A DNA stretch of 35,540 nucleotides, taken from positions 1 through 35,540 of IMG/VR virus record IMGVR_UViG_3300031716_000030; one strand, written 5' to 3'. The DNA is from a virus (taxonomy: Duplodnaviria > Caudoviricetes). The translations under genes and the position numbers were made by a program. This document shows positions 1 to 9,645 of this stretch, piece after piece. A model generated the notes under the pieces. The model was not told the DNA's origin, did not search any database, and saw only the letters and a list, made by a program, of their open reading frames with translations. Numbering within the stretch: position 1 is the first letter of the stretch; each line of letters begins with the position of its first letter.

Positions 1-196
1 GGCCCGCACGGAGTCCCCCACGGAGGCCCGCACGGAGTCCCACACAGAGTCCCGCACGGAGTCCCACACGGAGTCCCGCACGGAGTCCCACACGGAGGCC
101 CACACGGAGTCCCGCACGGAGTCCCCCACGGAGTCCCACACGGAGGCCCGCACGGAGTCCCGCACGGAGTCCCACACGGAGGCCCGCACGGAGGCC
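1..196 (-). repeat. 12-bp tandem repeat TCC-GTG-[C/T/G]GG-G[A/C]C encoding SV[RWG][DA]
   Basis: About 16 units directly visible; same unit at the other contig end. Confidence 0.95.
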
Positions 197-441
197 CCTG
201 ACTCCTTTGTCTTCTTAAGGAGTTCCAAGTAGATGGCTCGAGTCAGCGCCATGGACATCGGTGAATCGCACCAGACAAATCTCGGGGCTGGAAGTCCGGC
301 TGTGGCATAGGCCACAGTCATGGCCTCTTCGGCCTTCTTCCGCTCGGCACGGTCGGTACAAAGCCCAATCCGAGTCCACTTGTCCACAAACTCAGGAAAC
401 CTGGCAGACTGCTCAGGCGTCAGATATTCAATTCTGTCCAC
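1..441 (-). CDS. N-terminal part of DUF6745-like repeat protein (continues across the contig break into 34636..35540)
   Basis: Not in ORF track. AGGAG SD then GTG at 441; reads [61 protein letters not shown]...[10 protein letters not shown], open to position 1. Confidence 0.85.
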   Translation of the reverse strand, partial: MDRIEYLTPEQSARFPEFVDKWTRIGLCTDRAERKKAEEAMTVAYATAGLPAPRFVWCDSPMSMALTRAIYLELLKKTKESGASVRASVWDSVRDSVRASVWDSVGDSVRDSVWASVWDSVRDSVWDSVRDSVWDSVRASVGDSVRA

Positions 442-468
442 AACTAATCTCCTACTTGCCTAAAAGAT

Positions 469-552
469 GTCTTGCCGCCCCATCGTATCCCGTTGCTGGG
501 ATAGAGCATAAGCCAAACCCCATGACGGGTACGGCAAGACGTGAACCAACGG
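469..552 (-). ncRNA. Structured 5' leader of the DUF6745-like gene (closing stem plus two-hairpin head)
   Basis: GTCTTGCCG/CGGCAAGAC stem (469-477 with 532-540) enclosing hairpins ACCC-GTCATG-GGGT and TATCCC-AGCAAC-GGGATA. Confidence 0.55.
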
Positions 553-562
553 CTCAAGACCA

Positions 563-622
563 ACTGTACAACCAGCGCCTTTGTTTTGCAAGTAGATTGT
601 TGATGATTTACATGAAAATAGT
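563..622 (-). promoter_or_regulatory. Early sigma70-type promoter P1
   Basis: TTGCAA (591-586), 17 bp, TACAGT (568-563); block nearly identical to 33905-33963. Confidence 0.8.
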
Positions 623-819
623 GGGGCCATGAAATCGGGCCTTTGGCGGCGTCTGGCGTCTGGTGGCAGTCGGTATCGGAAAGGATAGGGAAAACTCGCG
701 TGAGCCCGTACCAGCGAGTCATGCTACACGAGCGCTGAACGGGACTGGAGCCGGGTCTGGTTTCGACTGGGAGGTTGTTACCTCGACACCATGCTTTCGG
801 GTCTCACGCGATTTCTACC

Positions 820-847
820 AAAGAAAAAGCCCAGTGGGGACTGGGCT
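820..847 (-). terminator. Intrinsic terminator ending the late operon
   Basis: AGCCCAGT-CCCC-ACTGGGCT followed by TTTTCTTT on - strand, downstream of last late gene. Confidence 0.85.
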
Positions 848-950
848 ACCGCATAAGCGGGAATCGACGGATTAGACTGGGAGGGGGAATCCATCGACCT
901 TCATCACCTATGAAACACCGATTCGGTCCTAGTCGTCAAGATCGTTCCGC

Positions 951-1241
951 TCATGGCTTTCCGCTCTGGGTCTTTGTCATGGAATCGTACATCTTATTCC
1001 TGGCCTCAAGCAATGCATTGCGGGCCTCTGCCTTGTCCTTCGGGGCCCTAGCTAGAGTTGTGTCAGCCAGCGCCAAAAGCAACCGGTCAGAAGCCTGGGC
1101 GCGACTCTCGAGACGTTCGACACGGCGGGGGAGGCTGAAGATGTTCAGGAACCTCAATCCCAGAAATCCGATGATGCCGGTCATGATGGTTGACCCAGTG
1201 GCTGTCCCTAGTTGTTTGGCGGTCTCATCGTCGACGGTCAT
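951..1241 (-). CDS. Small membrane protein (one TM plus helical tail), putative lysis protein
   Basis: Hydrophobic TIMTGIIGFLGLRFL; ATGA overlap with upstream gene; end of late operon. Confidence 0.55.
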   Translation of the reverse strand: MTVDDETAKQLGTATGSTIMTGIIGFLGLRFLNIFSLPRRVERLESRAQASDRLLLALADTTLARAPKDKAEARNALLEARNKMYDSMTKTQSGKP

Positions 1242-1618
1242 TGAACGCCACCTGTCAGCATTCCACTGATGATAGAAGGTGCTCCGCTGATGAGCGCCTG
1301 CAAGATCGAAGGCAATGCCGCCATGATCCAGAAACCGAAGCCGAAGCCCAAGAGCAACCGAAGAGCCAGGTTCTTTCTACGGCCCGCCTTCACGTCGCTC
1401 ACCGTGACGCCGATCTTCTTGGCGAAGGCAATGCCTCGGTTCTCGGCAAGCCATGCAGCACAGACGGAAGCGACGGCCGCCAGTACGATGTACAGCCAAT
1501 CGACGTGATAGGCGGTCTTCGCTATGCGAGCGGAGTAGACCATCTCACAGAACGCTCCGAAGAACGTTGCGAGATAGACGACAGCCTCATCCCAGTTTTC
1601 GGAAATCCACTTTTTCAT
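1238..1618 (-). CDS. Putative holin (about 3 TM segments)
   Basis: 126 aa, three hydrophobic stretches, end of late operon. Confidence 0.55.
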   Translation of the reverse strand: MKKWISENWDEAVVYLATFFGAFCEMVYSARIAKTAYHVDWLYIVLAAVASVCAAWLAENRGIAFAKKIGVTVSDVKAGRRKNLALRLLLGFGFGFWIMAALPSILQALISGAPSIISGMLTGGVQ

Positions 1619-2127
1619 TAGGTCACCCTCCTCACATATCCTTCAAGAGATGCCGCTGTGCCTGTACCAAACAGTGAAACAGTACTGCCACCAGGAGCCG
1701 CACCCCCTGAAGCAATGAAACCTACTGATCCCGCTGAAGTCAGGGTATTTGCCGCTGAACTGAAAATGCCTATTGCCACTCCTATTTCATATGTTCCAGT
1801 AGAAGGAAGCCCTAGCGTAATGGTCCCTGAAGTTCTGATCAGTTGCCATTTTATCCTCGCAGTCTGGCCAACATTTAGGCTTACAACTGTTTCGGTTCGT
1901 GTACCTCCGATTGTATTTCTATGGTCATCGATTTCAGGAGAGAATAATATGCCAGATAGATTGACAATTACAGTACCATTATTGATTTGCTGCGCGGGTT
2001 GCAATTCTGAATATGTTGTGTTCAGTTTTTGCAGAATATCTAGACCCATCTTCCTTATCTTAGTATCGTCCGATGGGTCAGATAAATGACTGGGAAGATT
2101 TATGGCCTGAAATCTGTTCGTATTCAT
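1618..2127 (-). CDS. Putative small tail/fibre-like virion protein
   Basis: G/T/S-rich beta-type C-terminus; likely start ATG 2127 overlapping upstream TGA. Confidence 0.5.
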   Translation of the reverse strand: MNTNRFQAINLPSHLSDPSDDTKIRKMGLDILQKLNTTYSELQPAQQINNGTVIVNLSGILFSPEIDDHRNTIGGTRTETVVSLNVGQTARIKWQLIRTSGTITLGLPSTGTYEIGVAIGIFSSAANTLTSAGSVGFIASGGAAPGGSTVSLFGTGTAASLEGYVRRVT

Positions 2128-2285
2128 CTTCCCCGCCCCCCCCATCCGCTATCAAGCTGGAGCTGTGAGGGTTGAGAGCCCTGTTTCTGGGCCTCTATTT
2201 GTGCTTGCTGCTGGTATACCTGCTGCGCCGCCACAGTAATGGCCATGGGAATAGGCTTATATTTCGGATCATCCTTCTCGCTCAT
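2124..2285 (-). CDS. 53-aa Gln-rich hypothetical protein
   Basis: Not in ORF track; MSEKDDPKYKPIPMAITVAAQQVYQQQAQIEAQKQG...GWGGRGR*, ATGA overlaps at both ends. Confidence 0.65.
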   Translation of the reverse strand: MSEKDDPKYKPIPMAITVAAQQVYQQQAQIEAQKQGSQPSQLQLDSGWGGRGR

Positions 2286-4399
2286 AAGGCGCCCCCCTGG
2301 GCAAGAATCCCATTCTTACCATAAATCTCAGGATTCATATCGGATAGCAACTTGAAGAGCTTGGCCTTTTTCTGCTGAGGATTGAACAGCGGATTCAATA
2401 TAATGGCTGTCACAGCATCCCTGGCGCTCTTTTCATTACCAGTGGCCCTTTTCACCTCGTCCGTCAATGTCCCGATCATAGCTTGCTTATCAGCCTCGTC
2501 TTGTTGATTGAGATTGACCCAATTTGACGCCTTGTCCAATGATTGGTCCATCTTGGCAATAGTGGCAAAGCCTTCTTTGAAGGCTTTGGCGCTTTCCGGC
2601 TGGTTGGGGAAAAGGATATTACCCATGCGGAAATAGTTCAGAGAACCGTCAGGATTGGTTATGTTCTTTTTGATTTCATCCGAGTATTCCTCTTTCGCTC
2701 CGGGAGATGCGGCTTCAATTGATCCCGTGGGATCGTGGGTCTTCCATAGGGCATCTATACCATCCTGGATTCTGTCAGGCTTAGCAAAGGGGTTGGCTCC
2801 CTGGGGTGATGCTTGGAGTTGTCCATTAGAGGCGCCATTAGCATATGGGAATGTGAATTGAGGATTGGGCGCTAGTGGCATTGTCCGAATTTGCCCATCT
2901 GACTCAGGAGGGATTTGGTTGGCAGAATCATAGATGAGTCCCCCTCGCTCCGCCGCTCCTAATGCCGATGGGCCGACTACCGATCCAACTTTCTGAGCAA
3001 TGCCCGGAAGTTTGGCCATAGCCGGCCCCAGCAATTGAGGAACGCCGCGAGCTAAAAGCCGTTCGGCGAACGGCGCGGATATAGCCCCCGCAATTCCACC
3101 TAGCATCTTGTTATTGTCGTCGGATACCGAGCTACCCAAAGCGCCGCCAGCGCTAGCCAGAAGCAATTTCTGGGCCGTGCTAGAGCCCTGGCGAAGGGGG
3201 CTAGAAATATCTGCCTTCTCTGTACCCGATGCCATCTTGAGAGCCTTGATCGCGGGATATTGAGCGGCGAGTTCAGTATATTCCGGCGCTACCGAGGCAG
3301 TATGTTGAACGATGGCATCCTCGAAGGCCGAGGCAATTTCACGTTGTGCGTCCCCCTCTTCTGTGCCAGATCGGGCGCCTAATTTCTGCTTGTCTACAAG
3401 ATATGCCTTGGCTTGATTCCAGTCCGGACGTTTGGAAAGATCGTCCATCATAGAAAGAACTTGATCTTCCACTTTCTTAGGTCCGATGGCGTTTCGTGTC
3501 ATATATTCCGCAACAGCCGGATCCTGGGTAATCTTAATGGCAAGGTTGAGATCAGTAAAATCGAGAGGATTGGAATTGTATTTAGAGGCCACCTGTTGAA
3601 ACTGAGGTCCAACCTCGTCAAGGAATTGCTCGCGCTCAACGCGGCCAAAAAGATTATTCTTGATAATCAAATCTGAGATTTTATCTTTCAGACCATCAGC
3701 ATTGTTAAAAGATGCAGTGGTCTTATCGAGACCAAGGCGCCTAGCTGAATTCATGGCAGCCTTTCTGATAGTCGAACTCGTGACATCGGCAGAATCGAGG
3801 ACGGAATCCTGGACGAACTTGTCAGCTTCATCTTTGAGATTTCTACCCACCGAAGTATTAGCCAGTGCTTCAGCGCCTTTGCCCAATAGCTTAAGACCCC
3901 CCCCAACAGCGCCACCGATACCCAATCCTAGTGCCGTTTGTTTGGCGGTTTCACCGATGTCACCAGTATCCAATTGCGTAGCCGCGGCCCTGGGGATAGT
4001 CTGCTCAGCCGCAGATGCAAGCCCCTGAGTAAGAGAGGCTGGACCTGAAGCAGCCTCGCCAAGTTTCATTAATCCTGCTCCGACCTTTTCGGCGCCCAGT
4101 GCTTTGGCGCCAGCTCCCAATCCCTTGGCAATAACTCCGCCAGGGACTAAAGAAGAACCCACAGTTCCAATGGTATCACCGACGCCGTATGCAGGATGGG
4201 ATGCCTTGTATGCATCCACGATCTGCCGAACCTTATCGCCACCGATGGCTTTAGTAACAGCCTCCGGCAATCCAAAGAGAAGGCCATTGCCAGCACCCAA
4301 GGCTAGATTGCCAAGGGAATTATCATCGGGGTTCCATTTCTTATAGAAATCTGGAGTATAACCACCCTTAGGAACAGATGCCTGAATAGAATCACTCAT
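2282..4399 (-). CDS. Putative internal virion/DNA ejection protein
   Basis: 705 aa, Ala/Gly-rich helical; position after nozzle typical of podoviruses. Confidence 0.6.
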   Translation of the reverse strand: MSDSIQASVPKGGYTPDFYKKWNPDDNSLGNLALGAGNGLLFGLPEAVTKAIGGDKVRQIVDAYKASHPAYGVGDTIGTVGSSLVPGGVIAKGLGAGAKALGAEKVGAGLMKLGEAASGPASLTQGLASAAEQTIPRAAATQLDTGDIGETAKQTALGLGIGGAVGGGLKLLGKGAEALANTSVGRNLKDEADKFVQDSVLDSADVTSSTIRKAAMNSARRLGLDKTTASFNNADGLKDKISDLIIKNNLFGRVEREQFLDEVGPQFQQVASKYNSNPLDFTDLNLAIKITQDPAVAEYMTRNAIGPKKVEDQVLSMMDDLSKRPDWNQAKAYLVDKQKLGARSGTEEGDAQREIASAFEDAIVQHTASVAPEYTELAAQYPAIKALKMASGTEKADISSPLRQGSSTAQKLLLASAGGALGSSVSDDNNKMLGGIAGAISAPFAERLLARGVPQLLGPAMAKLPGIAQKVGSVVGPSALGAAERGGLIYDSANQIPPESDGQIRTMPLAPNPQFTFPYANGASNGQLQASPQGANPFAKPDRIQDGIDALWKTHDPTGSIEAASPGAKEEYSDEIKKNITNPDGSLNYFRMGNILFPNQPESAKAFKEGFATIAKMDQSLDKASNWVNLNQQDEADKQAMIGTLTDEVKRATGNEKSARDAVTAIILNPLFNPQQKKAKLFKLLSDMNPEIYGKNGILAQGGAL

Positions 4400-5319
4400 T
4401 GGACATCTCCTCGGGCCAATGCACGAATACCACCACCCTGAGCGACGCCTTCGAGTCCCTTAATCTGGCGCTCCTGTTCAATGTTCGCCTGCATCTGAGG
4501 TTTAATAAGAGCAAGTTGCCTATCCAGTTCCGCTTTCTGTGCCACTAGAGTATTAGCCTGCTCTATCTTTCCAGTAGCTTGAGCGATAGCAATCTGATTG
4601 GCCAGATCCTGACTCTTGAGTTGCAATTCATTGGCCTGATTAACAGCTGCAATAGCCGCGGCCTGACGAGCCTGAAGTTGTGCCCCATATTGCTGTTGCA
4701 ATCGGGTCTGCCTCTGAACTCCTCCACGAGCTGATAGACTTGTTCCGATGGCATCGGCAATATTGGCCAATATATCGCCGGGAGGATTTCCGGCCAGAAA
4801 TGCCTTGAAATTGTCCATCGTCTGCTGGGGGGAGGATGTGACCGGCTGTGGCAATGCATTTTCCGCCACGGGCTTTATAGGCGTCGATGTGATGGGGATC
4901 ACTGGTACAGTTGTTGACGCTGCTGGCACTGGGCTGGCCTGTGGAGACGATGGCCCCTGAATAAGCCTAGATGATGCAGGAGAAATGCCAGACGCTGGAA
5001 CTGGTGGAATAACTCTTCCGTATTGGTCCGCTGCGGGTCCGGTCGGCTGATTCCTGGGAAATGGAGCAGCTACTGGTATCGGTCCCTGTTGTTTATTGAT
5101 TGTGATCTGCTGAGGAGACAACGCGGGCGACGAGCCCTTTTGGCCAGGCTGATTCTTGAGAACATTAACATCATTCGAAGTCGCTCCCCATGAAATAGCC
5201 TGAGCTTCCTCCGGGTTTAGAGGTTGTCCTTTAGCCATTTTATCCTTGGCAATAGAAAGAACATCTGAACCCTGTTGGGGGGGCGGGGATTGAGTATATG
5301 CAGCGCCTGAATTAGGCAA
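4396..5319 (-). CDS. Putative internal virion/ejection protein
   Basis: Pro/Gln-rich N-terminus, coiled-coil C-terminus. Confidence 0.5.
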   Translation of the reverse strand: MPNSGAAYTQSPPPQQGSDVLSIAKDKMAKGQPLNPEEAQAISWGATSNDVNVLKNQPGQKGSSPALSPQQITINKQQGPIPVAAPFPRNQPTGPAADQYGRVIPPVPASGISPASSRLIQGPSSPQASPVPAASTTVPVIPITSTPIKPVAENALPQPVTSSPQQTMDNFKAFLAGNPPGDILANIADAIGTSLSARGGVQRQTRLQQQYGAQLQARQAAAIAAVNQANELQLKSQDLANQIAIAQATGKIEQANTLVAQKAELDRQLALIKPQMQANIEQERQIKGLEGVAQGGGIRALARGDVQ

Positions 5320-6163
5320 TTTTTCCTCCCGATTTCATGAATTTCGCCAGATTATCGACTTTTCGGCTCAATTCAGAGATCATGCCCGTATTAGCGGTAG
5401 TAAGCTGATTAGTGTCGACCATTTTGCCCTGTGGAGTATCAATAACTGTCGATTTTAGGGGCGTTTTTTCGAGATCCTGCGCGAGAATGCCCTGTCGCTG
5501 AGTATCATCGCCCTTGTAGTTGAAGCTCTTCGGCGAAACACTCCTGGTAACATGCTCCAAAATGCCCCATCCATCCTTAATGTCAGTCTTGACATTCTTA
5601 TCTGAGAAAATCAACGCGGCGGCCGAGGCGCCAGTTCCTAGCGCATTCCAGACATTATTCTGATTCTGCTGATTAAGTTGATTTTGAGCTTGCTGATAGC
5701 CCTTATCAATGCCGTAGGTCTGGACATCTAGACCCATTTTGGAAGCTAGATTACTTCCATAGGCTGTCCCATAGGTTGAACCGGCAGTGCCTCCGGCCAG
5801 CAGAGCCGCCTGCGCCGGGCTAATGCCCTGAGCCCTGGCATATCCAGCGGATTCTCGTCCGGCATTAGCTGATGCTATTCCGGCCTCGGTTCTGGCAAAG
5901 TCTTCTTGGGCGGCTAATTTTCTAGCAGCCTTTTGTGCCGATGTTTCGTGGGGCGCCGAAATATTCGTATGATTGCCTTGGCTGGGATGCCCCATTGTCT
6001 GTCCGTTTGCCCCGGGATTAGAACTATACGAACTAGTCGATCCTGCCGGAGTCCCCTGCGTTCCGGCCCCGGAACCCATAGCTCCAGCGGCTCCAGGCGT
6101 ACCGGGAGCGCTCCCCATGCCATCAGGCGAATACATGATCCTGAAAATCCATTCCCGTTCCAT
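5312..6163 (-). CDS. Putative ejection protein with C-terminal peptidase S74 (intramolecular chaperone)-like domain
   Basis: FSDKNVKTDIKD...SFNYK...GILAQDLE motif; AGGAGG SD. Confidence 0.65.
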   Translation of the reverse strand: MEREWIFRIMYSPDGMGSAPGTPGAAGAMGSGAGTQGTPAGSTSSYSSNPGANGQTMGHPSQGNHTNISAPHETSAQKAARKLAAQEDFARTEAGIASANAGRESAGYARAQGISPAQAALLAGGTAGSTYGTAYGSNLASKMGLDVQTYGIDKGYQQAQNQLNQQNQNNVWNALGTGASAAALIFSDKNVKTDIKDGWGILEHVTRSVSPKSFNYKGDDTQRQGILAQDLEKTPLKSTVIDTPQGKMVDTNQLTTANTGMISELSRKVDNLAKFMKSGGKIA

Positions 6164-6172
6164 GTCTTCCTC

Positions 6173-8929
6173 CTAGGGAAGCGTATTTGACCCGGCAATT
6201 GCATAGGCCAATCCGCCATCAGTGCAATACATCGTAATCCCATAAAGGAACACTTTTGCCGAGCACTGTATACCAAATGATACACCTAAGCCCTTTGTTT
6301 GAGTAGGCCTGAAATCGAGATAGACATATCCGTCAGCGGTAGCGGTATAGGAGCCACCGACCTTAGTCGAGGTCTCGGATGTTTTTGTTCCGGTATCGAT
6401 GATCTGATAATTGACCGTAATATCCGTCGAGGCAGGCGCCGGCACCTTCAAGGCAATCGCGATGCGTGTCACCTGGATATATCGAGTTGCCCCAAAACCG
6501 ACAAATCCAGACTGCCATTTAAGCAAGATGGGTGTCCCGGAGCCCGCTTCATAGGACCATAGCGCCGATTGATTGGGATTGGCCGTACTGACAAAATAAG
6601 TGCCTTGATCCGTGGCATAGACCGTCTGCGCCGAATAGGCGTTCGGCAACTGAGACGCTAGACTTTCATCGCGGATAATCAACGTCGTCGAGTCGGCCAA
6701 TTGCAGATAGAGCGCGTTTTCGATGACTGAATAGGCGCCAGACTGCACGTTTGCCAATCCCGTTAACTCAATCCACTTGTCAATGGATTGTCCCCCGGAG
6801 AAGACGTAAAGCGCATTGTCGAAGGCCGATAGGAAGGCGGCATGAGTGGGGGAATTAGCAAGTAATGTTAGGCCAGAGGCGAAAGCTACTTGCTCGGGCA
6901 CGCCAGCAGTGCCACCATTGATAGGCAATCGGAAAAGCTTGGTGCCATCGAATCCATAGAGTTGGCCAAAAAGATTGAAGAATGAATAGGCAACGGGGTA
7001 TTGGTTCGCAACCTGATACCCGGCATAATATTGAGCAAATCCATCGGCATCATCAAAATTGACCGTTTGAAGGGCGGACTGTCCCAAAAGTGCGACGCCA
7101 CCATCATGAAAAACAGCATCTATTGGAGTTGGCAAATTGGTATTCTGAACATAAGCTACTGTGGGGTCGGTATATATCTGATCCCCGGATAGAACGACTT
7201 CCTTTACAATTGCAAACAATGTGCCCGTGGTAGCTTGATACCATATCTTATTGTAATTGAATCCAGCCCATGTAATAGTCGTTGTTCCGGTGGCAGGAAA
7301 TCCAGCAAATGCAGCAGGAGACCCAGAAGTGCCAAGCAACAAACCTCTGTCAACCGCATTGCTATAGATTCCCGTTGTCTGCCATGCTAACTGATTGGTG
7401 CCAGTGAGGAAAATATCAGATATGCAAGCCATTGTTTGTGCGCCATAGTTGTGTTCGATGATATTGTTCTTGGTATCAATGATCGTTCCGAAAGAATCAT
7501 TGAGCTGGACAACATCTTTAGAGATTGATTTGATGGCAAAGTTTTTGTTCGTGATAGTGCAAACCATGACCCCATTCATGGTTGGGATGGAAACATAACA
7601 CGGAAACGATCCATTAAAATCTGGACACCAGAATCCAACAGGCGATGATGAGGACATATTTCCTATCTCACATATTGGAGCACCAACCGCGACTGGACTT
7701 GATGATGTATCGCCAAGAACCACATAAGCCGGATTGTTATCAATTCCATAGATGCGCAGAGTCAATCCGCCAGCGATGCCGTTGTTAATAAATGATGCGG
7801 ATTGTGGGAGCATTCCATAATCTGTGACCGTCTGATCCTTTCTAATCACAACCTGATCGACAATATACCCGCCAAACTTGGTAGAGGCAGTAGACTTATA
7901 TATGCCAGAATGCAAATTAAAACTAGTTCTTGCATTGGCTGGGATAATAGACAATCCGGCTACGGTACTAGGAGAGGAAACGATGGTTCCAATGGTAGTG
8001 ACGGATATCCCGGTTGAAAACGTGGTAAAATTGGCACTTGATTTACTAGATGGTATGCCTGTCAATGACACGTCGTTTGATTGGGAATATGTGATGGCTC
8101 TTTGCTGATATAAATAGCTTGTTTCTGCAATAGGGGTCCAAACAGTATAGGGTGAGACAGAAGAATAAGATCTTGGCATGGAACTAGTATCCGGTATTCC
8201 TCCCACAATATATGCACCATTATTCGTATAAGCAGATATGCCTGTAAAGTTTCTATTATTTGCGGCGGCGGATCCAAAGACATTTTTCACGACGCCAGAA
8301 ACAGTTACTTGAACCGTTGCGAAGCCAATTGCATTGAAAAATATGCAAGCGACATCAGCATTAGACAATGTCATCTGGGGGCCTTTGACAAAACAAGCTT
8401 GTATATAATTGAAACTGGTTTGGCCGCCGGTAAATGTTAGAGTCTTGCTCCCGACTATGGTCCCAGTATTCTGATTGTATTCATATATTACAACCACAAA
8501 CGCAGCCGTATTGGTCGCCTCGGTTTTTGCGAGCAATAACCAATTTCCAGAAGATGCCATAGCAAAATCAATGGCACCTAGCGGGGCCATGACGCGGGAT
8601 GATAGTGTGGGATAGGTGAATACTCCCATGGTTCCAGATATTGTGTTCCCATTGATGAAAATTCTTCCATATCCTGAGGCATTTGATGCATCAAGGGAAA
8701 TCTTAGCCCCATTCTGTGCATACATGACATATTGACCATTGGAATCCGTAACAGCAGTCTGATATAGATTCGTTACGCCGTTGTCATGAAGAATACCGGT
8801 ATTGGTCAGGAGTGCCGCGGGACCATCATTGATGGGATAAATATTCTCGTTAACGTTGTCAGTATTGATGGATTTCCTGATGGTGAAATCATACTGCTCT
8901 CCATCGGGATTGGGAGCTTGCGCGTTCAT
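6173..8929 (-). CDS. Putative tail nozzle / large beta-rich tail protein
   Basis: About 918 aa, beta-rich, follows adaptor; start refined to ATG 8929 (ATGA overlap). Confidence 0.6.
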   Translation of the reverse strand: MNAQAPNPDGEQYDFTIRKSINTDNVNENIYPINDGPAALLTNTGILHDNGVTNLYQTAVTDSNGQYVMYAQNGAKISLDASNASGYGRIFINGNTISGTMGVFTYPTLSSRVMAPLGAIDFAMASSGNWLLLAKTEATNTAAFVVVIYEYNQNTGTIVGSKTLTFTGGQTSFNYIQACFVKGPQMTLSNADVACIFFNAIGFATVQVTVSGVVKNVFGSAAANNRNFTGISAYTNNGAYIVGGIPDTSSMPRSYSSVSPYTVWTPIAETSYLYQQRAITYSQSNDVSLTGIPSSKSSANFTTFSTGISVTTIGTIVSSPSTVAGLSIIPANARTSFNLHSGIYKSTASTKFGGYIVDQVVIRKDQTVTDYGMLPQSASFINNGIAGGLTLRIYGIDNNPAYVVLGDTSSSPVAVGAPICEIGNMSSSSPVGFWCPDFNGSFPCYVSIPTMNGVMVCTITNKNFAIKSISKDVVQLNDSFGTIIDTKNNIIEHNYGAQTMACISDIFLTGTNQLAWQTTGIYSNAVDRGLLLGTSGSPAAFAGFPATGTTTITWAGFNYNKIWYQATTGTLFAIVKEVVLSGDQIYTDPTVAYVQNTNLPTPIDAVFHDGGVALLGQSALQTVNFDDADGFAQYYAGYQVANQYPVAYSFFNLFGQLYGFDGTKLFRLPINGGTAGVPEQVAFASGLTLLANSPTHAAFLSAFDNALYVFSGGQSIDKWIELTGLANVQSGAYSVIENALYLQLADSTTLIIRDESLASQLPNAYSAQTVYATDQGTYFVSTANPNQSALWSYEAGSGTPILLKWQSGFVGFGATRYIQVTRIAIALKVPAPASTDITVNYQIIDTGTKTSETSTKVGGSYTATADGYVYLDFRPTQTKGLGVSFGIQCSAKVFLYGITMYCTDGGLAYAIAGSNTLP

Positions 8930-9576
8930 ATGTAGGGCCAAAATCCTTGAGCAAAGACGTTTTTGATCGGCTCGGGCTTGTTGTCATCGCGTGGTAATTG
9001 ATCCATCATTGAATTCCACAAATCCATTTTCTTCTGGAGCTTATCAGTAAAATCCAGGTTCTGTTTCCGCCTAGCCTCAATGGCAACATCCCACGCCAGA
9101 ATCTCAAAGATGACAGTTTGCGGATAGGTCAGATCGGTACTAGTCGAAAGCGTGGCAGCTACGGGATAATACCAGATACAAAAATTAGTATATGGCGTAA
9201 TGGTATAGAGTGCTAGATTAGTTCCCACCAACCGATAGCCCAATTGAGCCTGAGTATTGCCGAAGTTCTCGATGGTCATCTTTTCGATGGGCTGAAAAGT
9301 CTGGGCGTTGTTCTGATATTGGAATAGCCGCAAATGGAAAAAATCGGACGGCAATGCGTAGTTATATAGAAACTGCCGATTGGCATCTGGAGTGAACGCC
9401 GAGAGCGTGGGATAGACTGTCATTACAAAATAGTCTGAGTTACCTTTGCAAAGGGCAGAATAAATCTCCTCCCATCCCTGCTGAACCGCATCCAACTGAT
9501 CTTGAGCTGTGAAAAAATTGGTAGCCGGAAGCGCAGCATACGATAGACCTTTGCTGATGATAGTAGAAACCAGCAT
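8926..9576 (-). CDS. Putative head-tail adaptor (tail tubular protein A-like)
   Basis: 216 aa after capsid gene; YALPSDF motif. Confidence 0.65.
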   Translation of the reverse strand: MLVSTIISKGLSYAALPATNFFTAQDQLDAVQQGWEEIYSALCKGNSDYFVMTVYPTLSAFTPDANRQFLYNYALPSDFFHLRLFQYQNNAQTFQPIEKMTIENFGNTQAQLGYRLVGTNLALYTITPYTNFCIWYYPVAATLSTSTDLTYPQTVIFEILAWDVAIEARRKQNLDFTDKLQKKMDLWNSMMDQLPRDDNKPEPIKNVFAQGFWPYI

Positions 9577-9588
9577 GACGCACCCCCT

Positions 9589-9634
9589 AAAAAATCCCAG
9601 CCAGAGCCCCGGAGGAGGTTCGAGGATGGCTGGG
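9589..9634 (-). terminator. Possible terminator or stabilising hairpin after capsid gene
   Basis: CCCAGCCA/TGGCTGGG stem with large loop followed by ATTTTTT. Confidence 0.5.
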
Positions 9635-9645
9635 GACCAGACAAG

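Noticed and set aside
1-196. CRISPR array or DGR variable repeat
   Set aside because: Contiguous in-frame coding repeat without spacers; no reverse transcriptase or template repeat in the window
446-470. Third twister suggested by AGGCAAGT loop
   Set aside because: Lacks conserved U in L4 and no P1/P2/UAA arrangement can be formed
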